Both the position numbers and the translations under genes were made by a program. From positions 1 through 45,043 of the IMG/VR virus record IMGVR_UViG_3300032218_004038: 45,043 nt of DNA; one strand, written 5' to 3'. This stretch comes from a virus. Taxonomy: Duplodnaviria > Caudoviricetes. The notes under the pieces were generated by a model. That model was given only the letters and a program-made list of their open reading frames with translations. It was not told where the DNA came from and ran no database searches. Of the stretch, positions 1 to 8,166 are shown one piece after another (the stretch's first letter is position 1; each line of letters starts with the position of its first letter).

Positions 1-2675
1 CCATACAAAGTAAACAATCGAATACTGCCATCATCCAAGGCTTTTCGACCGTTACGTAGCGGCCCGTAGGCCCCATACCTAGCGTAACCTGCAATTGAAT
101 TATCTATAACTTGTGCCGGAACATGGGTAGCCAGCGGGTCAGTAATCTCTCTCCACTGGAACCCTTGCGTATCTTTTGGCAAAGCCTCTTTTGTTCCTGC
201 CCCTGCCACTTCAATCGGCACGGGTTTGCCCTGTTTTGCCAACCTTTTTACTTCTCGACCAATGTCACCAAACGTTTGCTGCCCTTGTTTGAGCTTAAGG
301 ACGTTGGAAAAAAATTCGCTGACCCCCATGTTTTTCAACGCAGAAGGATCTATGCTGGTTAGCCCAAGGTTGATGTCGTTCTGACTAAGCCCCAAAGGAG
401 AAGGCCCCGTCAAAATGCGGTTAACGTCCCCCGCTTCTACTTCCTTCACAAGATTTTTACCAACATCGTGCAAAATCGGCTCGTGTCTCCCAAGTGCCGC
501 AATCCCTTCCGGGGTCTTCAACATCGATTGTTTTGTAGGGGTTAAAGGCTCAGTGCCTTCTACAAGATCACTTGCTTTGGTAGCACGCAGATTAGGGAAC
601 AACTTCAAAAGCTTGGGTTCAAGCTCGTTTGTAAAATACCCGCCCTGCGTTCGTTCAATTCTGTCTCTGGTGTCCTGAACAAGTTGTCCAAGAGTCATCT
701 TGTCCGCGGTCAGTTTTTCTCCTTCTGCCAATTTAACCGGAGTCTGCGGCATTTTGGTAACGTCTTTTCCACGCAACCGTGCAATCAAAGTATCCGGAAT
801 CAGATTTGGATTACGTCTCATCTGGTCCAAAATCAACGACTGCATCTTATAGTGCTCTGCCTCTCCTGCGGCTTGAGCAGATAAGGCATTGCCTTCTTCT
901 CGTCTTAGGTACCCCTTTACCCCCAAAAGGCCGTCATACTGTCTTTCGACCCAGCGCATTGCTGTAGTGTCCCCGCTTCTCGCAGCATCTAATATTGCCT
1001 GAGGGAACAAGGCCTCTTGCTCTGATCCTTTGGGAAACTTGATTTTTCCAGAAAGCAGCCCTTCCCTGACGGGATCCGACACCGTACTGGCTTCATTTTT
1101 TAGCCATGGAACCAACTTGGTTTCCAAAAACTGTTTTACAGGGGCCATAACTTCCGGCTTCCCTCGCATACTATTGTCTGCGGCTATAAACAACTTGTTT
1201 GTGTACTCATCCAAAGAGGATTGTTCTTCCCCTTTTTTTATCAACCCTTTGGACTCATACGTACCATACGTATTTTCAACAATAGCACGCTGCGCTTCTT
1301 CCGCCGTCCGAATAGGAACATCGCTGGTGTTGGTAGTAGGAATCACCCGTCCAACAGGAGAAGTGATAAAGAACAAGTTGTTCTCCATCCGCTTACGCAA
1401 TGGGTCGTACGCCGTCTCCGGAATCTTAGTCGCCTCCTCCCCAGCACGGCGAATCCTTGCCCGCTGCACGTTCCCAACAGTCACATCCTCCAACATCTTG
1501 GCAGCTTCGCCCGTTTTCTGAGCCGCGGTTCCCGCAGCACGGACCGCGGACCGCGTCGCACCAACAGGATTCACTAACCCCGAAGCAAGATTTCCTGCCT
1601 CGTAAAAACCAGCCAAGGTTTTATCCTCTGGCTCGCCTTTACGCATCCCGGCCCTGTTCAAAAATTCCTTGATAGATTCGCTCCCGCCAACAGGAGCCTT
1701 TACGTCATATCCAAACGGACGCATCAACATTGTTCCAATATCAACCGGCGCACCCGCCCAGTTCGGCAACACATTTTCAACAACCCCGCGCCCCGCCTCC
1801 TTCAAGCCCTCACCACTCTCGAGCGCAGCGGAAATCGGTCCGCGTTGTCCGCGTGAAGAAAAACGAATATTTGCCGGGTAGCCAACAGTTTGTTCTCCTG
1901 CTTCCGGAGAACCGTCCGCTCGATGCACCACCCCGCCCCTAGCCAAAGTGACCGGTTCTTCCTGTGCAAAAGGACTCTTGATCTTCAAATCTAAACTGGC
2001 CAACTGGCTCTTGGCAGTGGGCTCCTCTGGTAACTTGAACGCAGCGTTATAACTCTGCTTCTCTTGATACGCCTCATCCTCTTCATCCGTATCACCCAGC
2101 GCCGCTAAAGCCAACGCCGCTTGATAACTTGGGCCAAGACTGCTAATATCAGGACGTGCTTGAGAAGACTGTAAAGGTTGAGCAGGCTTTCTCATCCGCT
2201 CTTGCGTAGCAGCTTTACCCGCCATCGGATTCGAAGGCTGATAGTACGTATCTAGCGTCGGTTCAGCCGTTTGTGCAACAGCCTGTTGAGTGGGCTGCGT
2301 AAACCCGCCAAGAATCTTGGTTACGTAGTTCTTTGTCTCTGACGGCAGCTTACCAATGTCGGACCCGGTCTTTAGCCAACGGTCCGCGTTCCCGGGACCC
2401 CAGTTGTACGCGACTAGCGCGGTGGGCATGTCCCCATAACGGTCAACCATGGCCTTCAAGTACTCACGGCCAACCCGCGCCCGCTCGTCCAAAGATTTAT
2501 CCCTTGGCGGCTCCACCCCAAAACCCGGGCCTTTGAAGGTCTTATCCATGACCTGCATCTCACCCTTGGCCCCCTTCGAAGATGTCAGCGGTCTGCCATT
2601 CTTGTCATACCGCTTACCCTGACTCTCAGCCTGCATCACAGCATCGCTGAGTTCTTCAAAAGTGCTAATCGCCAT
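1..2675 (-). CDS. Large virion-associated protein with N-terminal lytic transglycosylase (SLT) domain; 3' end outside window
   Basis: Manually translated and open from ATG 2675 to the window edge (>890 aa), so it is absent from the ORF track. The N-terminus MAISTFEELSDAVMQAESQG...SSKGAKGEMQVM...ALVAYNWGPGN...LPSETKNYVTKI carries the SLT motifs (catalytic E-S, GxMQ, AYNxG, ETxxYV). Confidence 0.85.
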   Translation of the reverse strand, partial: MAISTFEELSDAVMQAESQGKRYDKNGRPLTSSKGAKGEMQVMDKTFKGPGFGVEPPRDKSLDERARVGREYLKAMVDRYGDMPTALVAYNWGPGNADRWLKTGSDIGKLPSETKNYVTKILGGFTQPTQQAVAQTAEPTLDTYYQPSNPMAGKAATQERMRKPAQPLQSSQARPDISSLGPSYQAALALAALGDTDEEDEAYQEKQSYNAAFKLPEEPTAKSQLASLDLKIKSPFAQEEPVTLARGGVVHRADGSPEAGEQTVGYPANIRFSSRGQRGPISAALESGEGLKEAGRGVVENVLPNWAGAPVDIGTMLMRPFGYDVKAPVGGSESIKEFLNRAGMRKGEPEDKTLAGFYEAGNLASGLVNPVGATRSAVRAAGTAAQKTGEAAKMLEDVTVGNVQRARIRRAGEEATKIPETAYDPLRKRMENNLFFITSPVGRVIPTTNTSDVPIRTAEEAQRAIVENTYGTYESKGLIKKGEEQSSLDEYTNKLFIAADNSMRGKPEVMAPVKQFLETKLVPWLKNEASTVSDPVREGLLSGKIKFPKGSEQEALFPQAILDAARSGDTTAMRWVERQYDGLLGVKGYLRREEGNALSAQAAGEAEHYKMQSLILDQMRRNPNLIPDTLIARLRGKDVTKMPQTPVKLAEGEKLTADKMTLGQLVQDTRDRIERTQGGYFTNELEPKLLKLFPNLRATKASDLVEGTEPLTPTKQSMLKTPEGIAALGRHEPILHDVGKNLVKEVEAGDVNRILTGPSPLGLSQNDINLGLTSIDPSALKNMGVSEFFSNVLKLKQGQQTFGDIGREVKRLAKQGKPVPIEVAGAGTKEALPKDTQGFQWREITDPLATHVPAQVIDNSIAGYARYGAYGPLRNGRKALDDGSIRLFTLY

Positions 2676-2689
2676 ACCGGGGTACCTAC

Positions 2690-4177
2690 TTAGTAGTAAT
2701 CAAGAGTGGCTTCCTCTTGCGACGGCTCATCCTCTTCGTCATCCTGCAACGAAATAAAGTTGCCCTGACGAAACCGCATCCACGCCATTACCGACGCATC
2801 TACCTGATCGTCATGAGGACTGTTCGGAAAAGCAGCAAGCTCTTCCACAAGTTCTTCCGCCCACTCCTGCCCCTCAGGATACCAGATCATTCCTGACTCC
2901 AACAAGGGAGCAACAGCATTTGCCCGACTTACCTTGTCTTGCGTCTTACTACGCCCACCCGGTGAATACATCGTCACAGGAATCCCTAACTTCCTTAACT
3001 CCTGCTGCAACGGCGTACCCGTCGCCTTCGCCTCAATCAAAACATTGTCCGGATTCCAATACCGATACTCATCCTTGGCAATCCTCTTGAGCTCCGGAAA
3101 ATCCCACCGGCCCTTGCGCACGTTCAACAAAATCAAATTAGGCCCAGAATCAGCATCCGGCGTAAACACACCCCACGTGCTGATCACACTGAAGTCAGCC
3201 GTCTCCTTCTTGCTGTACGCCGTATCGTACGTTTGAATCAAATACTCACACTCAGGCGGCTCTTTGAACCGCCACTTTCTCCACCAGTTCCTCTTTAATA
3301 TCGCCCCCTCATCATTGGTCGGCTGCTGCTGCCACTGGGCCTGCCACTTCTTCATCCCAATGCTGACCTTGACTTTCTCTAGCTCGTCCAAGGACCAGTA
3401 ACCGGGCCACAAAGGATTGCCAGAAGGCAAGATCGCCGGGAACTCCAATACCTCCCACTGGTCAGACTTCAACTGACCTTGCTGCCGCAACAACCTTCCC
3501 GACAAGTCATCCGTCTTCCACCGGGTATTGATAACGATGATCGAACCACCCGGCTGTAACCGCTGCCGGGGACCGGACGTGTACCACTCCCACGTGGCCT
3601 CCATCGCCGTGTCCGACGTAGCATCCTGCTCGTCCAAGATATCGTCCAAGATGACAATATCTCCACCGCGCCCGGTCATCGCACCGCCCTTACCAATAAA
3701 GAACGCCTCCCCGCCTTTGTTCGTATTCCACCGGCCAGCAGCTTTACTGTCCACGGACAAGCTCATCTCGGGGAAGAGTTCTTTGTATTTTTCTTCATCT
3801 ACAAGATTTCGAATCATCCGACCAAAGCGCTGCGCTAACTCGCCCGTGTGCGAACCAACAATCAACTTTGATTGCGGACGCTTGCCCATCAGATAAGCAG
3901 GAAATAGGTAGCTTCCCATCTGTGACTTGCCATGGCGCGGCGGCATGGCAATCATCAGGCGCTTGCACTTGCCTTCAATAACCCTATCAAGAGCCTCAGC
4001 AATAATCCTGTGATGCTCGCCAACGAGCATCTCGGGCCAGACGTACCGGCAGAAGGACAGAAAGTTCGTTGTTGATTGCTCGCGTATCTCCAGTAACTGC
4101 AACCGGAGTTGGAGCTTTAAGAACTCATCGCGGACTTGTTCAGTGGGGGCAATCGCGGTCTGACGGGTAAGGGCCAT
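2690..4177 (-). CDS. terL: Terminase large subunit
   Basis: Walker A MPPRHGKS, Walker B IVILDD, coupling motif INTRW, nuclease domain with YDTA and C-terminal HDDQVDA. Confidence 0.95.
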   Translation of the reverse strand: MALTRQTAIAPTEQVRDEFLKLQLRLQLLEIREQSTTNFLSFCRYVWPEMLVGEHHRIIAEALDRVIEGKCKRLMIAMPPRHGKSQMGSYLFPAYLMGKRPQSKLIVGSHTGELAQRFGRMIRNLVDEEKYKELFPEMSLSVDSKAAGRWNTNKGGEAFFIGKGGAMTGRGGDIVILDDILDEQDATSDTAMEATWEWYTSGPRQRLQPGGSIIVINTRWKTDDLSGRLLRQQGQLKSDQWEVLEFPAILPSGNPLWPGYWSLDELEKVKVSIGMKKWQAQWQQQPTNDEGAILKRNWWRKWRFKEPPECEYLIQTYDTAYSKKETADFSVISTWGVFTPDADSGPNLILLNVRKGRWDFPELKRIAKDEYRYWNPDNVLIEAKATGTPLQQELRKLGIPVTMYSPGGRSKTQDKVSRANAVAPLLESGMIWYPEGQEWAEELVEELAAFPNSPHDDQVDASVMAWMRFRQGNFISLQDDEEDEPSQEEATLDYY

Positions 4178-4190
4178 TAGGTCGAGTGAT

Positions 4191-4234
4191 AAATTTTTGC
4201 AAAAATTTTAGGGGCATATACCCATTTGGGTATA
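4191..4234. repeat. Two adjacent palindromes upstream of terL
   Basis: Perfect 18-bp palindrome AAATTTTTGCAAAAATTT (4191-4208) and TATACCCA-TT-TGGGTATA (4217-4234). Confidence 0.8.
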
Positions 4235-4390
4235 AGGGGGTCCTTTTTGGTCCCCCGGTAGTGTCAAAAAGTATTCTGACACACTTTCTGGGAGAGAAAT
4301 CGAGCCAGAGTCTGAGCGTATGCGATGACGGTGGTTAGATGGCCCTCCCCCTTGTTGATAAGTTGTACGCCGAAGGAGTGGAACGACTGC

Positions 4391-4437
4391 AAGGCGGGCC
4401 CACCCACCCCCGCCACCACCGACCCTCTTCGAGGGAA
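4391..4437. repeat. 47-bp direct repeat, copy 1 (G-rich on minus strand, with mini-hairpin)
   Basis: AAGGCGGGCCCACCCACCCCCGCCACCACCGACCCTCTTCGAGGGAA is identical to 5708-5755 except for a 1-nt indel. Confidence 0.95.
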
Positions 4438-4488
4438 CCAGTTCAGAAAAAAAGAAAAAATAGGGGAAAGCACCTATTGACATGTGCT

Positions 4489-4515
4489 GCGGGCCCGCCC
4501 ACCCCCGCCTCCACC
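4489..4515. repeat. Partial copy of the 47-bp repeat
   Basis: GCGGGCCCGCCCACCCCCGCCTCCACC has 2 mismatches to the core of copy 1. Confidence 0.85.
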
Positions 4516-4539
4516 ATTTTAGGGACGAAAACGCGGGCG

Positions 4540-4564
4540 AAAAAAAACCCGCCGAGCGGCGGGT
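4540..4564 (-). terminator. Intrinsic terminator closing the early cassette array
   Basis: Minus strand reads ACCCGCCG-CT-CGGCGGGT followed by a T-run, just downstream of the last array gene (stop at 4596). Confidence 0.85.
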
Positions 4565-4595
4565 CGTGGGTGAAGCCCCGAGGGGCTGGGTAGTG

Positions 4596-4877
4596 TTATG
4601 CCTGGACTGCTTCGGCTGCCGCGTTTGCTTCGGCACGCTTCTGATTCTTTACTGCCACCAGTGCCGCGGCCTCTTCTTCCGACTCGGCCACCAGTTGCAC
4701 GCCCAGCGTCAGATCGCAGTTAGATTTCACGTACTGGACATTGTCCCGGTACGAATCGCCCCATTTGGTTTCGACTGGGGTCAGACCCAGCAGGACCGCT
4801 ACGATCTGTTCGACTTTGCTGGTTGCTGGAATCGCGAAGGTCTGGCTTCCGATGGTGACTGTCTTGATCTGTTTCAT
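4596..4877 (-). CDS. Hypothetical early protein (93 aa)
   Basis: ATG preceded by the repeated RBS AGAGGATAGAG and by promoter P1. Confidence 0.8.
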   Translation of the reverse strand: MKQIKTVTIGSQTFAIPATSKVEQIVAVLLGLTPVETKWGDSYRDNVQYVKSNCDLTLGVQLVAESEEEAAALVAVKNQKRAEANAAAEAVQA

Positions 4878-4926
4878 TTCTCTATCCTCTATGGTTTGCT
4901 CCGGAGCACCGTGCTCCGGAGCCTTG

Positions 4927-4956
4927 ATTATAACACTGCCTGCTGCTGGGTTGCAA
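4927..4956 (-). promoter_or_regulatory. Sigma70-type promoter P1
   Basis: TTGCAA-N18-TATAAT with extended TG; followed by a 25-bp palindrome (4898-4922) and RBS. Confidence 0.8.
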
Positions 4957-5152
4957 GCGCTGGATTCAAAGTGACATCGATGTCCCGGCTCAGGTCCGCC
5001 AGCATTTTGAGTCGCTGTCCGCGGTACCCGTGCTTGCGAAGCACGGTGGTGGCAGCAGGTCCGCTAGGCTTAAGCCCAGCAAGTTCGAGGCGCAGCCGAG
5101 CGCGAAGTACCAGCATCTCCATGATCGTCATGGTGTGTTTTTCGACAATCAT
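4928..5152 (-). CDS. Hypothetical early protein (74 aa)
   Basis: ATGA overlap with the upstream ORF; its stop codon lies inside the P1 -10 box. Confidence 0.7.
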   Translation of the reverse strand: MIVEKHTMTIMEMLVLRARLRLELAGLKPSGPAATTVLRKHGYRGQRLKMLADLSRDIDVTLNPALATQQQAVL

Positions 5153-5328
5153 TCTGCCACCTCGAGCCGGTTGGCGATCGTATTGAGCACGACCATGACC
5201 GCGGTCATGGTGGCCATCGGGTTATCACTGGCCATTGCCACCTGCTGGGCATACTCGAGGGCCTCGGTCAAAGTCTCGCGATCCGCGAACAGGTTACTAG
5301 TGTGCTTGCGCAGTTCTTGAATGTTCAC
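5149..5328 (-). CDS. Hypothetical early protein (59 aa, not in ORF track)
   Basis: GTG after AGAGAGGATAGA; translates MNIQELRKHTSNLFADRETLTEALEYAQQVAMASDNPMATMTAVMVVLNTIANRLEVAE*. Confidence 0.75.
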   Translation of the reverse strand: MNIQELRKHTSNLFADRETLTEALEYAQQVAMASDNPMATMTAVMVVLNTIANRLEVAE

Positions 5329-5373
5329 TCTATCCTCTCTTGGTTGGGGTCCGCGGATCGCGGACCGTGGCCC

Positions 5374-5403
5374 ATTATAACGCTACTTGGCCCCGGGGGT
5401 CAA
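5374..5403 (-). promoter_or_regulatory. Sigma70-type promoter P2
   Basis: TTGACC-N18-TATAAT; leader hairpin GGTCCGCG-N3-CGCGGACC at 5348-5366. Confidence 0.8.
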
Positions 5404-5688
5404 GCGTGGTTTGTCTGCTGGGTCAAGCGTAAACACCCACCCGTTACCTTCCAGATTGCGGCCTGCTTCCCTAAAGGTGCTCACCCACCAGACATCGCGA
5501 ACCTTACACGTCTGAATATGGCGACAGACCGCCTGCACATGGGCACCATAACTATCTTCGCTGTGGTCATACGGATAGAACCCCGAGCGAACCTTCCGAT
5601 CCCGGGCATCCCAATGAGCAACGCGAATGCGAGCGCCTTTAGTATCCGTACAGGGGACAAAACGAGTAAACAATGCGATTTGATCCAT
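5383..5688 (-). CDS. Hypothetical early protein (101 aa)
   Basis: Start reassigned to ATG 5688 after RBS GAGAGGATAG; MDQIALFTRFVPCTDTKGARIRV... Confidence 0.75.
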   Translation of the reverse strand: MDQIALFTRFVPCTDTKGARIRVAHWDARDRKVRSGFYPYDHSEDSYGAHVQAVCRHIQTCKVRDVWWVSTFREAGRNLEGNGWVFTLDPADKPRLTPGAK

Positions 5689-5707
5689 AGCTATCCTCTC
5701 TTGAATA

Positions 5708-5755
5708 AAGGCGGGCCCACCCACCCCCGCCACCACCGAACCCTCTTCGAGGGAA
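5708..5755. repeat. 47/48-bp direct repeat, copy 2
   Basis: Matches 4391-4437 with one extra A. Confidence 0.95.
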
Positions 5756-5790
5756 ACAAAAAGCGAAAAGCGGTCCGCGGACCGCCAGCA

Positions 5791-5967
5791 TCAGAGCTCG
5801 AGCAAATCCCACATGTAATCGGGCTCGAGCCCGAATTCATACCTACAAACTTCCTCAGGGTCCGCGCCCTCGCGCACCATTTGTTTAGCGTCTTCGATCC
5901 ACGACAGCGCATCGTCGCGGTCCATGTCATCGCGACGCATTAACACTTCCAAAATGCTGTATTCCAT
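5791..5967 (-). CDS. Small acidic early protein (58 aa, not in ORF track)
   Basis: ATG after AGAGAGGATAGAG; MEYSILEVLMRRDDMDRDDALSWIEDAKQMVREGADPEEVCRYEFGLEPDYMWDLLEL*. Confidence 0.8.
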   Translation of the reverse strand: MEYSILEVLMRRDDMDRDDALSWIEDAKQMVREGADPEEVCRYEFGLEPDYMWDLLEL

Positions 5968-6014
5968 GACTCTATCCTCTCTGGTTAAGGTCCGCGGACC
6001 GCGGACCGTGGCTC

Positions 6015-6044
6015 ATTATAACACTGCTTGAAACCCACGCGCAA
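6015..6044 (-). promoter_or_regulatory. Sigma70-type promoter P3
   Basis: TTGCGC-N18-TATAAT with extended TG; leader hairpin GGTCCGCG-N3-CGCGGACC at 5989-6007. Confidence 0.8.
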
Positions 6045-6179
6045 GCGTCAACTTGTGGTTTTTCGAGGCCCGGTTTTAATCGGACCGTTTCGGAAACAGC
6101 TATCTTGCACACTGCCGCAATAGTTTCGGCCTATAGCCTAACACTACGGCAGTTAGCAACCTGCTGCTAACTGCCCCCG

Positions 6180-6248
6180 CTATTTATTGTCCATCCAATC
6201 AACCAGCCACCACAAAACAACCCAAATTAAAACGACAAGGATTATCAA
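6180..6248 (-). CDS. Putative 22-aa membrane peptide
   Basis: TTGA overlap with the upstream stop, GAGG 7 nt upstream; MIILVVLIWVVLWWLVDWMDNK*. Confidence 0.45.
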   Translation of the reverse strand: MIILVVLIWVVLWWLVDWMDNK

Positions 6249-6946
6249 ATTGTGGCCTCTTTGCCGCAATCGCCCGCCACATGATGACGCAGGATCGAAC
6301 CAATCGGAAGGGATTTTGCGAATTCCCGGACAGCTGCTGCGTCGTTTTTATGCCCGGTTTTTTTGGTGGCGTGCCATTGCATAACTACCCGCCCAACACC
6401 AGCATAACAGCCGCCCTTGTCGTCTGATCCGACTAATTTCTTCTGCTGGCTGTGTCCGACGAATACGACGACGAATTCGCGATTCGGCCTCGCACATAGC
6501 GGGTCACCATTGCCGCAATCCCTGCATGTGAACCCTTCGGACAGTTCCGCAGGACAGCGCACAAACCGAACGCCGTCAATCCGAGCGGGCCATTGATCAG
6601 CGCTGTCATGTGGCGCAGCGTACACAGTGGGATAGCCCGCGGCTACATTCGCGACAGCGTCGGATACTGCGTCGGATGATAGGTTAATGACGGTCTTTCC
6701 CGTTACAGGTTTCGGGATAACGCTGCGCCCAAAATGGGAGTAAGTAAAGGCTTTCCCTTTACGTGGTACAGCATCAGATAAGGCGGCTAAGTACTCTTGA
6801 TCCACTAGGTCCGCGCTATGCTCGCCCTTCGGATTCAATGCGCACGACCTCGGACAGGTGCCAAAAATCGAATGCTCGCCGCTACGATACGTTACTGCGA
6901 TTGGACCGGTTTTCCCGTTGCCTGATACCGCTACTGTCTTTAGCAT
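6245..6946 (-). CDS. Cys-rich phage protein, gp88/DUF7227-like (possible Fe-S/metal binding)
   Basis: SGNGKTGPIAVT, TCPRSC, AFTYSH, VINLS, RCPAE...TCRDC...LC, GCYA and LRHHVAGD motifs. Confidence 0.7.
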   Translation of the reverse strand: MLKTVAVSGNGKTGPIAVTYRSGEHSIFGTCPRSCALNPKGEHSADLVDQEYLAALSDAVPRKGKAFTYSHFGRSVIPKPVTGKTVINLSSDAVSDAVANVAAGYPTVYAAPHDSADQWPARIDGVRFVRCPAELSEGFTCRDCGNGDPLCARPNREFVVVFVGHSQQKKLVGSDDKGGCYAGVGRVVMQWHATKKTGHKNDAAAVREFAKSLPIGSILRHHVAGDCGKEATI

Positions 6947-6981
6947 GATGCCCTCTCTTCTTTCTAGGTTAAGACGATAAC

Positions 6982-7010
6982 ACTATAACAGGTTGTCTCC
7001 CCAGTTACAA
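6982..7010 (-). promoter_or_regulatory. Sigma70-type promoter P4
   Basis: TTGTAA-N17-TATAGT with extended TG. Confidence 0.7.
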
Positions 7011-7213
7011 CCTATTTTTTCGGCCATCCTTCGGGCTGCGTCGCGTACCGCGATCACAAAATCCCGATCACATCCGTAAGTCTCCACATCGAACTCGAGC
7101 ACCTCGCCCTCACCACTATCAGCGTAAACAGTAGCGCAGGGGTAGTCAAAATCGGCCCGGACAAAATCAGGCATAGAATCAAGGGGTTGCGTGATATCGT
7201 CAAACAATTGCAT
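6983..7213 (-). CDS. Small acidic early protein (76 aa)
   Basis: Start reassigned to ATG 7213 just after the upstream stop; MQLFDDITQPLDSMPDF...; its stop lies in the P4 -10 box. Confidence 0.7.
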   Translation of the reverse strand: MQLFDDITQPLDSMPDFVRADFDYPCATVYADSGEGEVLEFDVETYGCDRDFVIAVRDAARRMAEKIGCNWGDNLL

Positions 7214-7215
7214 GA

Positions 7216-7416
7216 TCAGTCCCTCCCCACACCAGCATAGGCCTTTGCTGCTTTCAACGTGCGGAAAGTACGCTTTTCTTGCGGTATTCCGTAGTATTCC
7301 GAAGAATACAGTTTGTCTTGGGTTTCGCCCTGATACCGCATGCCGAATTTTGTGCAGACAATCCACCCGGACGTTTTGCCTGCTTTTTTGATCGGAACAA
7401 TCATAACCACCATCAC
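7216..7416 (-). CDS. Small basic early protein (66 aa)
   Basis: Follows promoter P5 and RBS AGAGGAG. Confidence 0.7.
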   Translation of the reverse strand: MMVVMIVPIKKAGKTSGWIVCTKFGMRYQGETQDKLYSSEYYGIPQEKRTFRTLKAAKAYAGVGRD

Positions 7417-7454
7417 GCTCTCCTCTATGATTCACTGCAACTCGCAGTGATAAT

Positions 7455-7483
7455 ACTATAACACTACTTGACCACCTGTGCAA
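7455..7483 (-). promoter_or_regulatory. Sigma70-type promoter P5
   Basis: TTGCAC-N17-TATAGT with extended TG; leader hairpin TCACTGC-N5-GCAGTGA (7432-7450). Confidence 0.8.
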
Positions 7484-7506
7484 CTAGGGAGTTTCCCTAA
7501 TAGGGT

Positions 7507-7725
7507 TTACCCTGAGTAGTCCCCATAGTACAGGTCCTGATACGCTTCTGGGTTCGGCTGCGGTTCGCCCTTATAAAACGGGTTTGCTTCCCATGTGTCA
7601 TAAGGGGACAGCAGCCACGCAACGTCAGGGCGATCACGGCCAACATCAAAGGCCCACTGCTTGATCGCAGCCTCAATGCTGTAAGGCTGCTCAAATTCGT
7701 CATCATGGTTTGGACGAAAAATCAT
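7507..7725 (-). CDS. Hypothetical early protein (72 aa)
   Basis: TGATG overlap start at 7725; contains WLLSPYDTWEANPFYKGEPQPNPE. Confidence 0.7.
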   Translation of the reverse strand: MIFRPNHDDEFEQPYSIEAAIKQWAFDVGRDRPDVAWLLSPYDTWEANPFYKGEPQPNPEAYQDLYYGDYSG

Positions 7726-8126
7726 CAGACCTGCTCCCACGCTTGCAGGCCCTCGATGACCTGATCCTTCGTCAACCACCCACTGCGCATAGCGTGCTCG
7801 AGCACCTCTACCGCGGCCTCTCGTGACGTGTTGCTTCCAAACCCGTGAAGCTTGCACAGCTCCTCGAAGGTTTCACCAGTGATGGGCACCGCGGCATCAA
7901 TCAGCGCATCCTGAAGGTCGTCAGAAAACACGCAATGCCGACCAATGTAAATGATCCGAGGATCATTGTCGTCCGGCGAATCCTTATATGAGGGCCATAC
8001 CTCCATCATCATGCCTTTTGGCAAAAAAGGCCAAGATAACCAGCTATCAGTATGTCGACGATCCCGGCTGGTGTTTTCAACATTCCGGGTCAGTTTGTAC
8101 CACTGGGGTTTTCTGCTCATATCCAT
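7725..8126 (-). CDS. Hypothetical early protein (133 aa)
   Basis: Start reassigned to ATG 8126 after AGAGAGGATAGAG. Confidence 0.75.
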   Translation of the reverse strand: MDMSRKPQWYKLTRNVENTSRDRRHTDSWLSWPFLPKGMMMEVWPSYKDSPDDNDPRIIYIGRHCVFSDDLQDALIDAAVPITGETFEELCKLHGFGSNTSREAAVEVLEHAMRSGWLTKDQVIEGLQAWEQV

Positions 8127-8166
8127 CTCTATCCTCTCTTTATTGACTGCACCATGCAGTGAAGAC

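Noticed and set aside
111-2536. Many plus-strand ORFs in the ORF track
   Set aside because: They are antisense shadows of the long minus-strand SLT gene and have no motifs or RBS support.
4477-4482. Plus-strand TTGACA here and at 8213-8218 as antisense promoters
   Set aside because: No plausible -10 box at 16-18 nt spacing.
4208-5186. ORFs 4208-4636(-), 4264-4473(-), 4339-4593(+), 4482-5186(+)
   Set aside because: They run through repeats, a terminator or the antisense of supported genes, and the translations are low quality.
6050-6180. Hammerhead ribozyme (GAAAC segments) or trp-type attenuator
   Set aside because: There is no CUGAnGA core, no U-tract after the hairpins and no trp genes downstream. 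Kept only as a generic structured-RNA candidate.
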